This document shows positions 7,177 through 17,800 of a DNA stretch of 20,000 bases, in pieces. The stretch's first letter is position 1, and the number at the start of each line of letters is the position of its first letter. Location of the stretch: the IMG/VR virus record IMGVR_UViG_3300008116_000198; one strand, 5' to 3'. A model generated the notes under the pieces. The model was given only the letters and a program-made list of their open reading frames with translations, made no database searches and had not been told where the DNA came from. The DNA comes from an uncultured virus (IMG/VR IMGVR_UViG_3300008116_000198) (lineage: Duplodnaviria > Heunggongvirae > Uroviricota > Caudoviricetes). Made by a program: the position numbers and the translations under genes.

Positions 7177-9153
7177 ATGCCAATCAAGTATATAAATAAA
7201 AATACAATTTCTACAACATCCACTTCACTTGGAAGTTTTGTTGGAAGGTCTGCGTCTGAAGCCAGCGGTTGGAGAGGTATTACATATGGAAATGGTTTAT
7301 TTGTTGCAACGGCATATTCTTCAGGAACAAACAGAGTAATGACATCTCCAAATGGAATAACTTGGACATCTAGGTCAGATGCTCTTAATCCTCAATATGG
7401 ATCAGATAATTGGATTAGTGTTACATACGGAAACGGATTATTCGTGGCTGTTTCTAGTACCTCTGGAGGATCGTCTGGAAAGGTAATGACATCTCCCGAT
7501 GGAATAACTTGGACAACTAGAAATGCAAATCCTGTAGCCAATATTTGGTATAGTGTTACATACGGAAACGGATTATTTGTGGCCGTTGCAGGTAGCGGAA
7601 CAAACCGAGTAATGACTTCAACAGATGGAATAACTTGGACAGCAAGATCCGCTGCGGAAAATAATACTTGGCGAGATGTTACATATGGAGGCGGATTATT
7701 TGTAGCCCTTGCACAAGACGGAACAAACCGAGTCATGACTTCAACAGACGGAATAACTTGGACAGCGAGATCTGCGGCTGAAGCCAATAGTTGGTCTGGT
7801 GCAGTATACGGAAACGGATTATTTGTGGCCGTTGCACAAGACGGAACAAACCGAGTCATGACTTCAACAGACGGAATAACTTGGACAGCGAGATCTGCGG
7901 CTGAAGCCAATAGTTGGCAAAAAATATCATATGGAAATGGTATGTTTGTGGCAGTGGCCTCAGATGGAACAAATAGAATCATGTCCTCAACAGACGGAAT
8001 AACTTGGACATCAAGGTCTGCGCCAGAACAAACTCAATGGGTAAATATAACGTATGCCAGTGGATCTTTTGTTGGAATTGCACAAAGCGGAACTAATAGA
8101 GTTATGACCGCAGATTTGACTACAAATGTACTTGTTTCCGGTGGAATGAAATTTATAAACAGAAACAATAATACTTCTAATAGAAGAATGGGATTCATAA
8201 TACCGCCCGGCCCTGTTGTTTATAGTCCAACTCAAAGAGCAATATTTGGGTATGGTGAAGCTGGAAGTTATCAATCAATCACGAATTTGGTAAGTAATAC
8301 AGGAGTTCTTGCCAATGATGTTGCCGGTGTTGGTACTGCAAGAGCATATTTAGGTGCTGCTGGGTATGGAGGAGACAAAGCTATATTTGCGTATGGAGTC
8401 GTAGCCGGAACGACTAATATAAAAAACCTTGTCAGCAACACCGGCGTTGTGGCTGCTGATTCGTCTGGAGTAGGAACATCTAGAAATAAGCTCGGTGCGG
8501 TAAGTTATGGAATAGATAAAGCGATATTTGGATATGGATCAACGGTTTACGGCACTCCTTCTTCCAGTGAAAGAGTATCAATGACAAATCTAGTTAGTAA
8601 CACGGGAGTTGTGGCTACTGATACAACAGGTGTTGGTTCAAGTAGATACAACCTTGCTGCGACTGGCTATGGCGGTGATAAAGCTATGTTTGTATATGGT
8701 CAATTAGATGGTAACAACAACGGATTGTTAACAGTCAATCTTGTGAGCAACACTGGAGTTGTTGCGTCTGATACAAGCGCCGCCGCTGGCACTGCAAAGA
8801 CACAAGGCGCGGGAGCAAATTACGGAGGAGATAAGGGTATAATTGGATTTGGAATATCCGGCGGCTCATATACGAGAGAAACCAATTTAGTTTCTAACAC
8901 AGGAGTAATTGCATCGAACACCGCTAACTATTATGGTTACATAGGTGGGGTGAACGATGTTCTAGAAAGAGGTTGGTTGGCCGCTGCTGGATATGGTGGT
9001 GATAAAGCCATATTTGGATTTGGGGCATTGAATGCAAGTAGATATAGTTATACAAATCTTGTCAGTAATACAGGTGTGGTCGCGTCAAATACATATAATT
9101 CCAATCCAACTACAAGATATGGACTGGCCGCAGCAGGATACTCTTTAACATAA
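7177..9153 (+). CDS. Two-domain repeat protein: 7 Asp-box/BNR-like blades plus 6 Kelch-like repeats; probable virion-associated adhesin
   Basis: Seven ~41-aa repeats WxxvTYGNGLFVAvA..GTNRVMTStDGITWTaRS, then six ~48-57-aa repeats KAIFGYG...NLVSNTGVVA.D...R..LAA.GYGGD. Function is inferred. Confidence 0.8.
   Translation: MPIKYINKNTISTTSTSLGSFVGRSASEASGWRGITYGNGLFVATAYSSGTNRVMTSPNGITWTSRSDALNPQYGSDNWISVTYGNGLFVAVSSTSGGSSGKVMTSPDGITWTTRNANPVANIWYSVTYGNGLFVAVAGSGTNRVMTSTDGITWTARSAAENNTWRDVTYGGGLFVALAQDGTNRVMTSTDGITWTARSAAEANSWSGAVYGNGLFVAVAQDGTNRVMTSTDGITWTARSAAEANSWQKISYGNGMFVAVASDGTNRIMSSTDGITWTSRSAPEQTQWVNITYASGSFVGIAQSGTNRVMTADLTTNVLVSGGMKFINRNNNTSNRRMGFIIPPGPVVYSPTQRAIFGYGEAGSYQSITNLVSNTGVLANDVAGVGTARAYLGAAGYGGDKAIFAYGVVAGTTNIKNLVSNTGVVAADSSGVGTSRNKLGAVSYGIDKAIFGYGSTVYGTPSSSERVSMTNLVSNTGVVATDTTGVGSSRYNLAATGYGGDKAMFVYGQLDGNNNGLLTVNLVSNTGVVASDTSAAAGTAKTQGAGANYGGDKGIIGFGISGGSYTRETNLVSNTGVIASNTANYYGYIGGVNDVLERGWLAAAGYGGDKAIFGFGALNASRYSYTNLVSNTGVVASNTYNSNPTTRYGLAAAGYSLT
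7709..7917 (+). repeat. Exact 86-nt direct repeat within the first propeller
   Basis: 7709-7794 is identical to 7832-7917, offset 123 nt (one 41-aa blade). Confidence 0.92.
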
Positions 9154-9192
9154 ACAATTTTCAGATAAACAACAACAGTTATATAAAATATT

Positions 9193-9828
9193 ATGGCATC
9201 AAATCTAAATTCAGAATTCAACTATAGATACCAAGTAATTGGTTCTACTCCTTGGGAAAAACTAAAGACCCTAAAAGGGTTTTTGGTTGGTCGCAAACGT
9301 GCTGCTGCATTGGAAAAATGTGCAGAACTAAAATACAAAGCAAAGTTGGAAGAATATAAACATCTTAAAACAGTTCCTGCATTACCGCATATATTGCTTA
9401 ATCTTGAAGCAGAAATCATAGAACTTGAATCTCACTTGGATGATCAAAAGCATGCATTTGAACTTAATCGTAAAGAAATTGAGATACTTGAAAAATTGAT
9501 TGCAGAGCTTTATGAAATTTGTGAGCCAACCAGAATTCCCGGCTACACAGACGATCAAATGTTTGAAGCTAATGCAAATTATGAATTTACTGTCACTGTT
9601 GGTAGAGAATTACAATCAGAAATCATTGCCAATGGTCGTCCAAGTCCAGCCAAACTATTGAATGCTATGAGCAATCCGCAAACAATGCAGATGCTACAAT
9701 CCATTGGATTGGTTCCAGAAGGCACTCAATTGCTTGGTGGAGAATATGGCGATGATCTGCTTAAATTGTATTCTGAAGTAAAAACCGCACAACTCACAGA
9801 CAATAACAAGTTGATCGCTAATACTTAA
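9193..9828 (+). CDS. Hypothetical alpha-helical protein with coiled coil
   Basis: 211 aa. Heptad-like LLNLEAEIIELESHL...LNRKEIEILEKLIAEL and a C-terminal IIANGRPSPAKLLNAMSNP segment. No recognisable catalytic motif. Confidence 0.75.
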   Translation: MASNLNSEFNYRYQVIGSTPWEKLKTLKGFLVGRKRAAALEKCAELKYKAKLEEYKHLKTVPALPHILLNLEAEIIELESHLDDQKHAFELNRKEIEILEKLIAELYEICEPTRIPGYTDDQMFEANANYEFTVTVGRELQSEIIANGRPSPAKLLNAMSNPQTMQMLQSIGLVPEGTQLLGGEYGDDLLKLYSEVKTAQLTDNNKLIANT

Positions 9829-9832
9829 TTAT

Positions 9833-10306
9833 ATGGGATTAAAAGGCAGATATTTTTCAGCACGTGACCTAAAAATGGTAGCTCAGTTCAATGCTGAACT
9901 GATGGGTGACATTATTGAGAATATCATTCAGATATACAAGATCTGCCCCAATGAAACAAAAACCAATATATATGGAGAAACTTCATCCGAGTCTGGCAAG
10001 TGGTATCTGCCAGCCATTCAAATTTCAGCACTTATTGAACGCAGTGATATGGAAGCTGAATATGATGACTTTGGTCCAAACAGAAGACAGGATTATGTAT
10101 TTAAGATGCGCGAAGAAATGTTGAAGAAGCTTGAATTTTATCCAGAAATTGGTGATGTGGTTTTCTTCAATGACCGTTACTATGAAATAGATAATGTGGT
10201 GCAGGAACAATTGCTTGGTGGTCAACCAGACAAATCACACAGCATCATCTGCAACGCACATTACACGAAGTATACTTCGTTGAATATAATGGAAAGGAAT
10301 GACTGA
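9833..10306 (+). CDS. gp14: Neck / head-closure protein, T4 gp14-like
   Basis: TNIYGE, DDFG and YPEIGDVVFFNDRYYEIDNV motifs are typical of gp14/head-closure proteins. Lies between gp13-like and gp15-like genes. Confidence 0.72.
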   Translation: MGLKGRYFSARDLKMVAQFNAELMGDIIENIIQIYKICPNETKTNIYGETSSESGKWYLPAIQISALIERSDMEAEYDDFGPNRRQDYVFKMREEMLKKLEFYPEIGDVVFFNDRYYEIDNVVQEQLLGGQPDKSHSIICNAHYTKYTSLNIMERND

Positions 10307-10308
10307 TT

Positions 10309-11709
10309 ATGGCATGGCGCGGACCAACTCAAAGACCAACGGTCAATAAGCCTGTTCCAAATCCAATAAATTATGGACCAGAGATGTCTGACTCAAAAAA
10401 GCCTGTATCTCAGGCCGTGGCTGGTCCTGAATACAAGCCAAACAGAGCATTTGATGTTCGTCGCGATACTGATAAACAGAAAAACTTTTCCGTTAAACTA
10501 GTTGACGTTGATTCGACCATATTGAGTTATCTTGACACCGTCATTAGTCCTACAATCGTTGACTCAGGAAGACAAATCAAAGTACCAATCAATTATGCTT
10601 CACCAGAAAGATGGAAAGCTATAAGAAAAGATGGAGCATTGCGTGACAAAAATGGAAAAGTGCAAACTCCTGCCATTGCATTTCGTCGCAGCACAATGCA
10701 AAGAAATGATCAGCTGATAACTCTAAACAGATATTTGCAATATCCTGTGCAGAAGAAATTCAGCGAAAAGAACAAATATGACAAATTTAGTGTCATGCAT
10801 GGATTTGCGCCAACAAAGGAAATATACAGTGTGGCGATGCCAGATCATGTTATTGTGAATTATGAATTCATCGTGTGGACTGAACTTGTCGAGCAAGGTA
10901 ATGCCATAGTCGAAGCAATCAATTTTTCTACCGAGGATTATTGGGGCGACAAGAAAAGATTCAAATTCAGAACAAGTATCAGCGACTATAGTTTTGAAAC
11001 CGCCACAGACGCTGGTAATGATAGACTCGTAAGAAGCACATTCACATTATTGTGTTATGCATATCTGCTTCCGGATAAATATGAAAATTACAAGAGTGTA
11101 GTGCAAAAAGCGTTCACACCAAGAAAAATACTTTTCACCACAGAAGTTGTTACAGAAAATTTAAATGCAAGAACAACCGAACTTGGTTCAGCAACACCTG
11201 TTCAAATGAAATCGCCCGCTGCTTCATCTGGTGTGTTTGGTGGATTCCCGGGCATTACTCAAATCGCTAACTACGCAAATGCAGCAGGAACAGCAAATAC
11301 AGCAAATTATGCAACAACTGCAAGCTATGTAAACTTCTCTGAAATAAATGGAAATTTCAATGGTATCACTATCAACGGAGAATCTGGTGCAACAGGATCA
11401 ATCAACACAAATGTCACAGTTAATGTTACACCAGATTCTGGTTCTGTATATATCGACAGTATACCAATCTCAAGTGGAAATACAGCAAAATGGCTGATAT
11501 CCATTAATGATGGTGTTAATAATTTCAAGGCTAGCGAAATGGTAGCAAGTTGGAACAATACTATGGTCAAATATTACAACACAGAAGTAAGTGAAATAGG
11601 AAGCGTGCCAGTAACACTCTCGGTGGATAACACTGGCGGCAATATAAATCTACTTGCGACGGCGTTCAGCGGCAATTGGACAATAAAAATGATACGCATG
11701 GTTGTTTGA
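10309..11709 (+). CDS. gp15: Tail terminator / sheath stabiliser, T4 gp15-like, with ~185-aa C-terminal extension
   Basis: IKVPINYASPERW, PAIAFRR, PDHVIVNYEFIVWT...NAIVEAI and LVRSTFTL..YAYL follow the gp15 pattern. An extra fibre-like segment follows ~11150. Confidence 0.78.
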   Translation: MAWRGPTQRPTVNKPVPNPINYGPEMSDSKKPVSQAVAGPEYKPNRAFDVRRDTDKQKNFSVKLVDVDSTILSYLDTVISPTIVDSGRQIKVPINYASPERWKAIRKDGALRDKNGKVQTPAIAFRRSTMQRNDQLITLNRYLQYPVQKKFSEKNKYDKFSVMHGFAPTKEIYSVAMPDHVIVNYEFIVWTELVEQGNAIVEAINFSTEDYWGDKKRFKFRTSISDYSFETATDAGNDRLVRSTFTLLCYAYLLPDKYENYKSVVQKAFTPRKILFTTEVVTENLNARTTELGSATPVQMKSPAASSGVFGGFPGITQIANYANAAGTANTANYATTASYVNFSEINGNFNGITINGESGATGSINTNVTVNVTPDSGSVYIDSIPISSGNTAKWLISINDGVNNFKASEMVASWNNTMVKYYNTEVSEIGSVPVTLSVDNTGGNINLLATAFSGNWTIKMIRMVV

Positions 11710-11749
11710 TTTTTCAAACATGCGTCTCTTGATCATATCTCATATAAAA

Positions 11750-11765
11750 ACGGGATTCTTCCCGT
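11750..11765. other. Short intergenic hairpin (possible weak or minus-strand terminator, or processing site)
   Basis: ACGGGA-ttct-TCCCGT, preceded by an A-tract. There is no T-tract downstream on +. Confidence 0.35.
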
Positions 11766-11794
11766 ATATAAAAAGATATTTCCAGAGGCAGTAT

Positions 11795-11803
11795 ATATTT
11801 ATA
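11795..11803 (+). promoter_or_regulatory. Candidate late promoter ATATTTATA
   Basis: 20 nt upstream of ATG 11824. ATATTTATAATAT is identical to the minus-strand copy upstream of the lysozyme. Confidence 0.5.
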
Positions 11804-11823
11804 ATATATTCGCATAAATCTTT

Positions 11824-14800
11824 ATGAGCAACGAACTAATTGTCAGAAATGGCTTGATTGTATCTGGTACATCCAGCTTTTCTGGCAGCGTATTCATAAA
11901 TGGAAATACTGTTGTAACAGGTTCTATCATCAGTAATCAAGTTGCATACTTAACAGCAAGCCAAGCTTTGACAGCTTCACATGTTCTTGGATTGCCAGAT
12001 ACATCAAGTTGGGCTCTTAATGCTGTATCTGCTGCCTTTTCAGAATATGCAGTAAGTGCATCATATGTTATTGGCGCACCTGATACAGCAAGTTGGGCAT
12101 TAAATGCTGTTTCATCTTCATACGCATTATCATCTTCATATGCTGTTTCGTCATCTTATTCATTATCGGGGTCGTATGTTGATACTGCTTCATATTCAAA
12201 TTATGCAGTAAGTGCGTCATATGTTATTGGTGCTCCAGATACTGCTTCATGGGCATTGAATGCTGTTACAGCTTCTTATGTTGAATATACAAATGTAGAT
12301 AAGATAACATCAACATCACAATTTGCTGGAACAGCAAGTTATGCTCAAAGAGCAAACAGCATCAAAAGTGGAATTGACATTGATGTAACTTCAATAACAG
12401 CATCAGCAATACGTGTTGATAATCTACATGTTGTTACCATAACAAGTAGTGTAAATTTTGTTTCTGGTAGCACAGACTTTGGAACAAGTATAACTGATAC
12501 ACATGTTTTCACAGGCAGTCTTTTTGTTCAAGGAAACATAAATGTTGAAGATGGTTATGGTATACAAGGAACTTCGTCGTATGCTGTAACAGCAAGTTAT
12601 GCTTTTAACACCAGTACATCTGGTACTAGTGGCACAAGCGGAAGTAGTGGAAGCAGTGGCAGTAGCGGAACAAGTGGTAGTAGTGGAAGTGCTGGTACAA
12701 GTGGTAGCAGTGGCACAAGTGGCACCGATGGATCAAGTGGTAGTAGTGGAACGGGAGGAAGTAGTGGTAGTAGTGGAACAAGTGGTAGTAGTGGTAGTAG
12801 TGGCAGCAGTGGATCAAGCGGATCATCTGGTACAAGTGGATCATCTGGTACAAGTGGATCAAGTGGAACAACGGGTACGAGTGGTAGTAGTGGAAGCGGT
12901 GGTACAAGTGGAACCAGCGGTTCGTCTGGAACAAGCGGAACGAGTGGAAGTAGTGGTACAAGTGGAACAGACGGATCGTCTGGATCTAGCGGCAGTAGTG
13001 GATCTTCTGGTACAAGTGGAAGTAGTGGTACAAGTGGAACTGGTGGATCGTCTGGTTCGAGTGGAAGTAGCGGTTCTTCGGGAACAAGTGGATCAAGTGG
13101 AACTTCTGGCTCAAGCGGTACTTCTGGATCAAGTGGTAGCAGCGGTAGTAGTGGTAGTAGTGGAACAAGTGGAAGCAGTGGAACAAGTGGTAGTAGTGGT
13201 AGTAGCGGCACTAGCGGCAGCAGCGGAACAACAGGAACAAGTGGTAGCAGTGGATCTTCTGGTACAACTGGAACGAGTGGAAGCAGTGGAAGTGCTGGTA
13301 CCAGCGGAAGTAGTGGAACCAGTGGTACAGATGGTTCAAGTGGAAGTAGTGGCAGTGCCGGTACAAGTGGCAGTAGCGGCAGTAGTGGAACCAGCGGTTC
13401 AAGTGGTAGCAGCGGTACAAGTGCAACATCGGGATCAAGTGGTACTAGCGGAAGCAGTGGTAGTAGTGGATCTTCTGGTACAAGCGGAAGCGGAGGAACA
13501 AGCGGCAGTAGCGGAAGTAGTGGTACTACTGGAACAAGCGGTAGTAGCGGTACCAGTGGAACAGATGGTAGCTCTGGGTCAAGTGGAAGTGCTGGAACAA
13601 GTGGTTCTAGTGGATCTAGTGGAAGTAGTGGTACGAGTGGATCAAGTGGAAGTAGTGGAACTAGTGGCAGCAGCGGCAGCAGCGGAACAAGTGCAACTTC
13701 TGGATCTTCTGGAACAAGCGGTAGTAGTGGCAGCAGTGGAAGTAGTGGAACCAGTGGCTCGTCTGGATCGGCAGGTACAAGTGGATCTAGTGGAAGTGCT
13801 GGTACAAGTGGTAGCAGTGGCACAAGTGGTACCGATGGTTCCAGTGGTAGCAGCGGAAGCAGCGGATCATCTGGTTCTTCTGGTACCAGTGGAAGTAGCG
13901 GAACCAGTGGATCTTCTGGTACAAGTGGAAGTAGCGGTACCAGCGGTAGTAGTGGAACAAGCGGAAGCAGCGGTAGCAGTGGTAGTAGTGGAACCAGTGG
14001 TAGCAGTGGAAGCAGCGGCAGTAGTGGAAGCAGCGGCAGCAGTGGAACAGCAGGTTCTTCTGGTAGCAGTGGATCAAGTGGATACACACCAGAAAACATG
14101 GTTACAAGTTCTTTCCAACTTTCAAACGATGGCGGTCTTGCATTCAGCAGTGCAAACAATGTTACATTTGGTCAAATCACCGCTTCTATTATCACTGTAT
14201 CAACATTATATGTTCAAAACATAACAAGCAGTACAGAACTTGTAACTGGAAGTTTTGTTGTAAGTGGATCCTTTGATGCAATCGGTGGAGTAACAGGAAG
14301 TCTTCTTGGTACAGCAAGTTATGCTCTACAAGCTCTGACCGCTTCATATGCACTTAATGCTGAAGGATCAAATAAAACACAACTTACTGCTTCAACAATA
14401 TTATTTACAGGAAGCGCGACAAATCTTTCACTAAATGTTTCATCGTCGGGTGATGTTGCCATAACTGGCATAAATAATGGAGATATTGTTGTAATATCAG
14501 ATTCAACAAGTTCAACTCCATTATTTGGAATTGAAAGTGTAAACAATCCTTTATTCAGTGTATATAATAGCGGAAATGCATATTTGAGTGGAAGCTTGTC
14601 TGCTTCATTATATGGTACAGCAAGTTGGGCAGTTACAGCAAGCTATGCTTTAAGCTACAGTGGAACATCTGGTAGTAGTGGCACAAGCGGAACATCTGGT
14701 TCAAGTGGCAGTGCTGGTACAAGTGGTAGTAGTGGAACAAGTGGAACAGACGGTAGTTCGGGTTCGTCTGGAACTGGTGGATCAAGTGGATCTTCAGGTA

Positions 14801-17800
14801 GCTCTGGTACGTCTGCAACTTCTGGAACTGGTGGATCAAGTGGAAGTTCTGGAACTAGTGGAAGTAGTGGAACAGGAGGTTCTTCTGGAAGCAGTGGAAC
14901 AAGTGGAAGTAGTGGTAGCGGTGGAAGTAGTGGTTCAAGTGGAACTTCTGGTTCATCAGGAACCAGTGGAAGCAGCGGAACTTCTGGTACAGATGGTAGT
15001 AGTGGAAGTGCTGGTACCAGTGGCAGTGCAGGTACTAGTGGTACAGACGGATCAAGTGGTACCAGTGGTAGTGCAGGTACGAGTGGAAGTAGTGGTACCA
15101 GCGGTAGCAGTGGTACAAGTGGAACTGCTGGATCAAGCGGAACGTCTGGGTCAAGTGGTTCTTCTGGTACAACTGGAACTTCTGGAAGCAGCGGAACTGC
15201 TGGTTCAAGTGGAAGTGCAGGAACATCGGGAAGTGCTGGATCTTCTGGTTCGGCTGGAACAAGTGGTAGTAGTGCAAGTGCCGGTACCAGTGGCACAAGC
15301 GGCACAGATGGATCAAGTGGTAGCAGTGGTTCTGGTGGATCAAGCGGAAGTAGTGGCACAGCTGGTAGCAGTGGAAGTAGTGGTACAAGCGGTAGCAGTG
15401 GTTCGAGTGGAACCAGTGCAACCAGTGGAAGTAGCGGTACATCTGGTACCAGTGGAAGTAGCGGTACATCTGGTTCAAGTGGAACAAGCGGTACTGATGG
15501 TAGCAGCGGAAGTAGTGGTAGTAGTGGATCTTCGGGATCAAGTGGTACTGGTGGAACAAGTGGTAGCAGTGGTACCACAGGAAGTAGTGGTAGTAGTGGT
15601 AGCGCAGGAAGTAGTGGTAGTAGTGGTTCATCTGGATCAAGTGGTACAGGAGGAAGTTCAGGAACAAGTGGAACCAGTGGTAGCAGTGGAACGGGTGGTA
15701 GTAGCGGATCAAGTGGTACTAGCGGAACAGATGGTAGCAGTGGTAGCAGCGGCAGTGGAGGAAGTTCTGGAACAAGCGGTACAGATGGTACCAGTGGTAG
15801 CAGTGGAACTTCAGGTACTTCTGGTTCAAGTGGAAGTGCAGGAACTAGTGGCAGCAGCGGAAGTAGTGGCACTACTGGAACAAGCGGTAGTAGCGGTACC
15901 AGTGGAACAGATGGTAGTAGCGGTAGTAGTGGAACAAGTGGGTCTACTGGTACAAGTGGTAGCAGCGGATCAAGTGGTAGTAGTGGTAGTAGTGGAACAA
16001 CAGGAACAAGTGGTAGTAGTGGTACAAGTGGAACATCTGGTTCGGCTGGCTCTGCCGGATCAAGCGGTAGCAGCGGTAGTAGTGGAGCAGGAACAATTTC
16101 TGGTGGAACAAGCAACTATGTGGCAAAATTTAGCAATGCCACAACACTGACTACAAGTTCAATCTTTGATGGTGGATCTGGAGTTGGTATAAATAAATCT
16201 ACAGCAAATTCCACACTTGATGTAAATGGTAATACAATAATCACTGGATCATTGACTGTTACCCAGAACGTAACCGCTTCAAACATTGTTGTTACAAATC
16301 TTTATGTACAAAACATAACTGCTTCCACGGAAATTGTAACAGGAAGTACTCAGTTTGGAACATTGCTTTCAAACAAGCATATGTTCACTGGAAGTGTTGA
16401 AATAACAAGTTCATTAAAGGTAAATGGTGATTTTTCAGTAAATGGAAATACAGGCAGCTTGGCTTTCTCAAGCAACGCAGATACTTTGGAAATAACTGGT
16501 TCATTATTATTAAGTGGATCAATGTTTGTTACAGGAAGTATCTCTGTAAATGGTAGTATAACTGGTTCACTTTTTGGCACGGCTTCGTATGCATTAAACG
16601 CACTTACTGCTTCATACGCTTTAAGTTATAGTGGTACGAGCGGTAGCAGTGGAACCAGTGGGTCTTCTGGTACGTCTGGTACAAATGGAACCAGTGGATC
16701 AAGCGGAACTGGCGGAACCAGTGGAAGCAGTGGTACAGGTGGATCTTCTGGAAGTAGCGGAACGAGTGGTAGTAGTGGAAGTTCTGGTACAAGTGGTACG
16801 AGTGGTAGTAGTGGAACATCTGGAACAGATGGTAGTTCTGGATCAAGCGGTTCAAGTGGCTCCAGTGGATCATCTGGTACTTCTGGTAGCGCAGGAACAT
16901 CGGGATCTGCTGGATCGGCTGGAAGTAGCGGTAGCAGTGGAAGTGCTGGTACAAGTGGTACGAGTGGTAGTAGTGGAACATCTGGCACGGACGGAAGTAG
17001 TGGAAGTTCTGGTAGTAGTGGTACCGCTGGTACTTCTGGTAGTGCAGGTACTAGTGGAAGTAGTGGTTCGAGTGGAACATCTGGAACAGATGGAAGCAGT
17101 GGTAGTAGTGGTACTTCTGGTAGTGCCGGTACTGGTGGTTCAAGTGGAAGCAGTGGTTCATCTGGAACGAGTGGGGAAGGCGGAAGTGCAGGAACATCTG
17201 GTACAAGCGGCAGTGCTGGTACGAGTGGAACGAGTGGTAGTGCTGGAACTGCTGGATCCAGTGGTAGTGCGGGAACATCAGGTTCTGCTGGATCAGCTGG
17301 AACAAGTGGTAGTAGTGGAAGTGCTGGTACAAGTGGTACCAGCGGTTCAAGCGGAACATCTGGAACCAGTGGAAGTAGTGGATCCAGTGGAAGCAGCGGA
17401 TCTTCTGGAACGAGTGGTAGTGCTGGTACTTCTGGTAGTAGTGGAACAGCTGGAACAAGTGGATCGGCCGGTTCAAGTGGTTCTTCTGGAAGTGGAGGAA
17501 GTTCTGGATCGGCTGGAACATCTGGTACAAGCGGCAGTTCTGGTACAAGTGGTACAAATGGCTCAAGTGGTACTTCTGGTACTAGCGGATCTTCTGGAAC
17601 GGGTGGAACTAGTGGTAGTAGTGGAAGTGCTGGCAGTGCAGGTAGTGCAGGATCAAGCGGCACAAGTCCAATAATAACTGGAACAAACTTCACGCTTGCA
17701 TTGTTCAGCGGAAGTAATGGATTGAGTAGCAGTGTGTTAAGTCAATATGATAATGGATTATATTTGACTGGATCGTTGAATGTAAGTGGATCAACTCTAC

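Noticed and set aside
7191..7198. Perfect T4 late box TATAAATA
   Set aside because: It lies inside the coding sequence (Y-I-N-K) with no nearby downstream start, and is likely chance in AT-rich DNA.
7709..7917. Diversity-generating retroelement TR/VR pair
   Set aside because: The copies are identical, in-frame and tandem, with no adenine-specific mismatches and no reverse transcriptase in the window.
1024..7982. Antisense ORFs over the scaffold, capsid, gp13 and propeller genes (e.g. 1024-1563, 3232-3792, 7392-7982)
   Set aside because: They fully overlap well-supported genes and are explained by codon bias and repeats. No motifs or initiation signals were seen.
8236..9150. Ice-nucleation protein (AGYG motif)
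   Set aside because: AGYG occurs once per ~50-aa repeat, not in the 16-aa AGYGSTxTA periodicity of InaZ.
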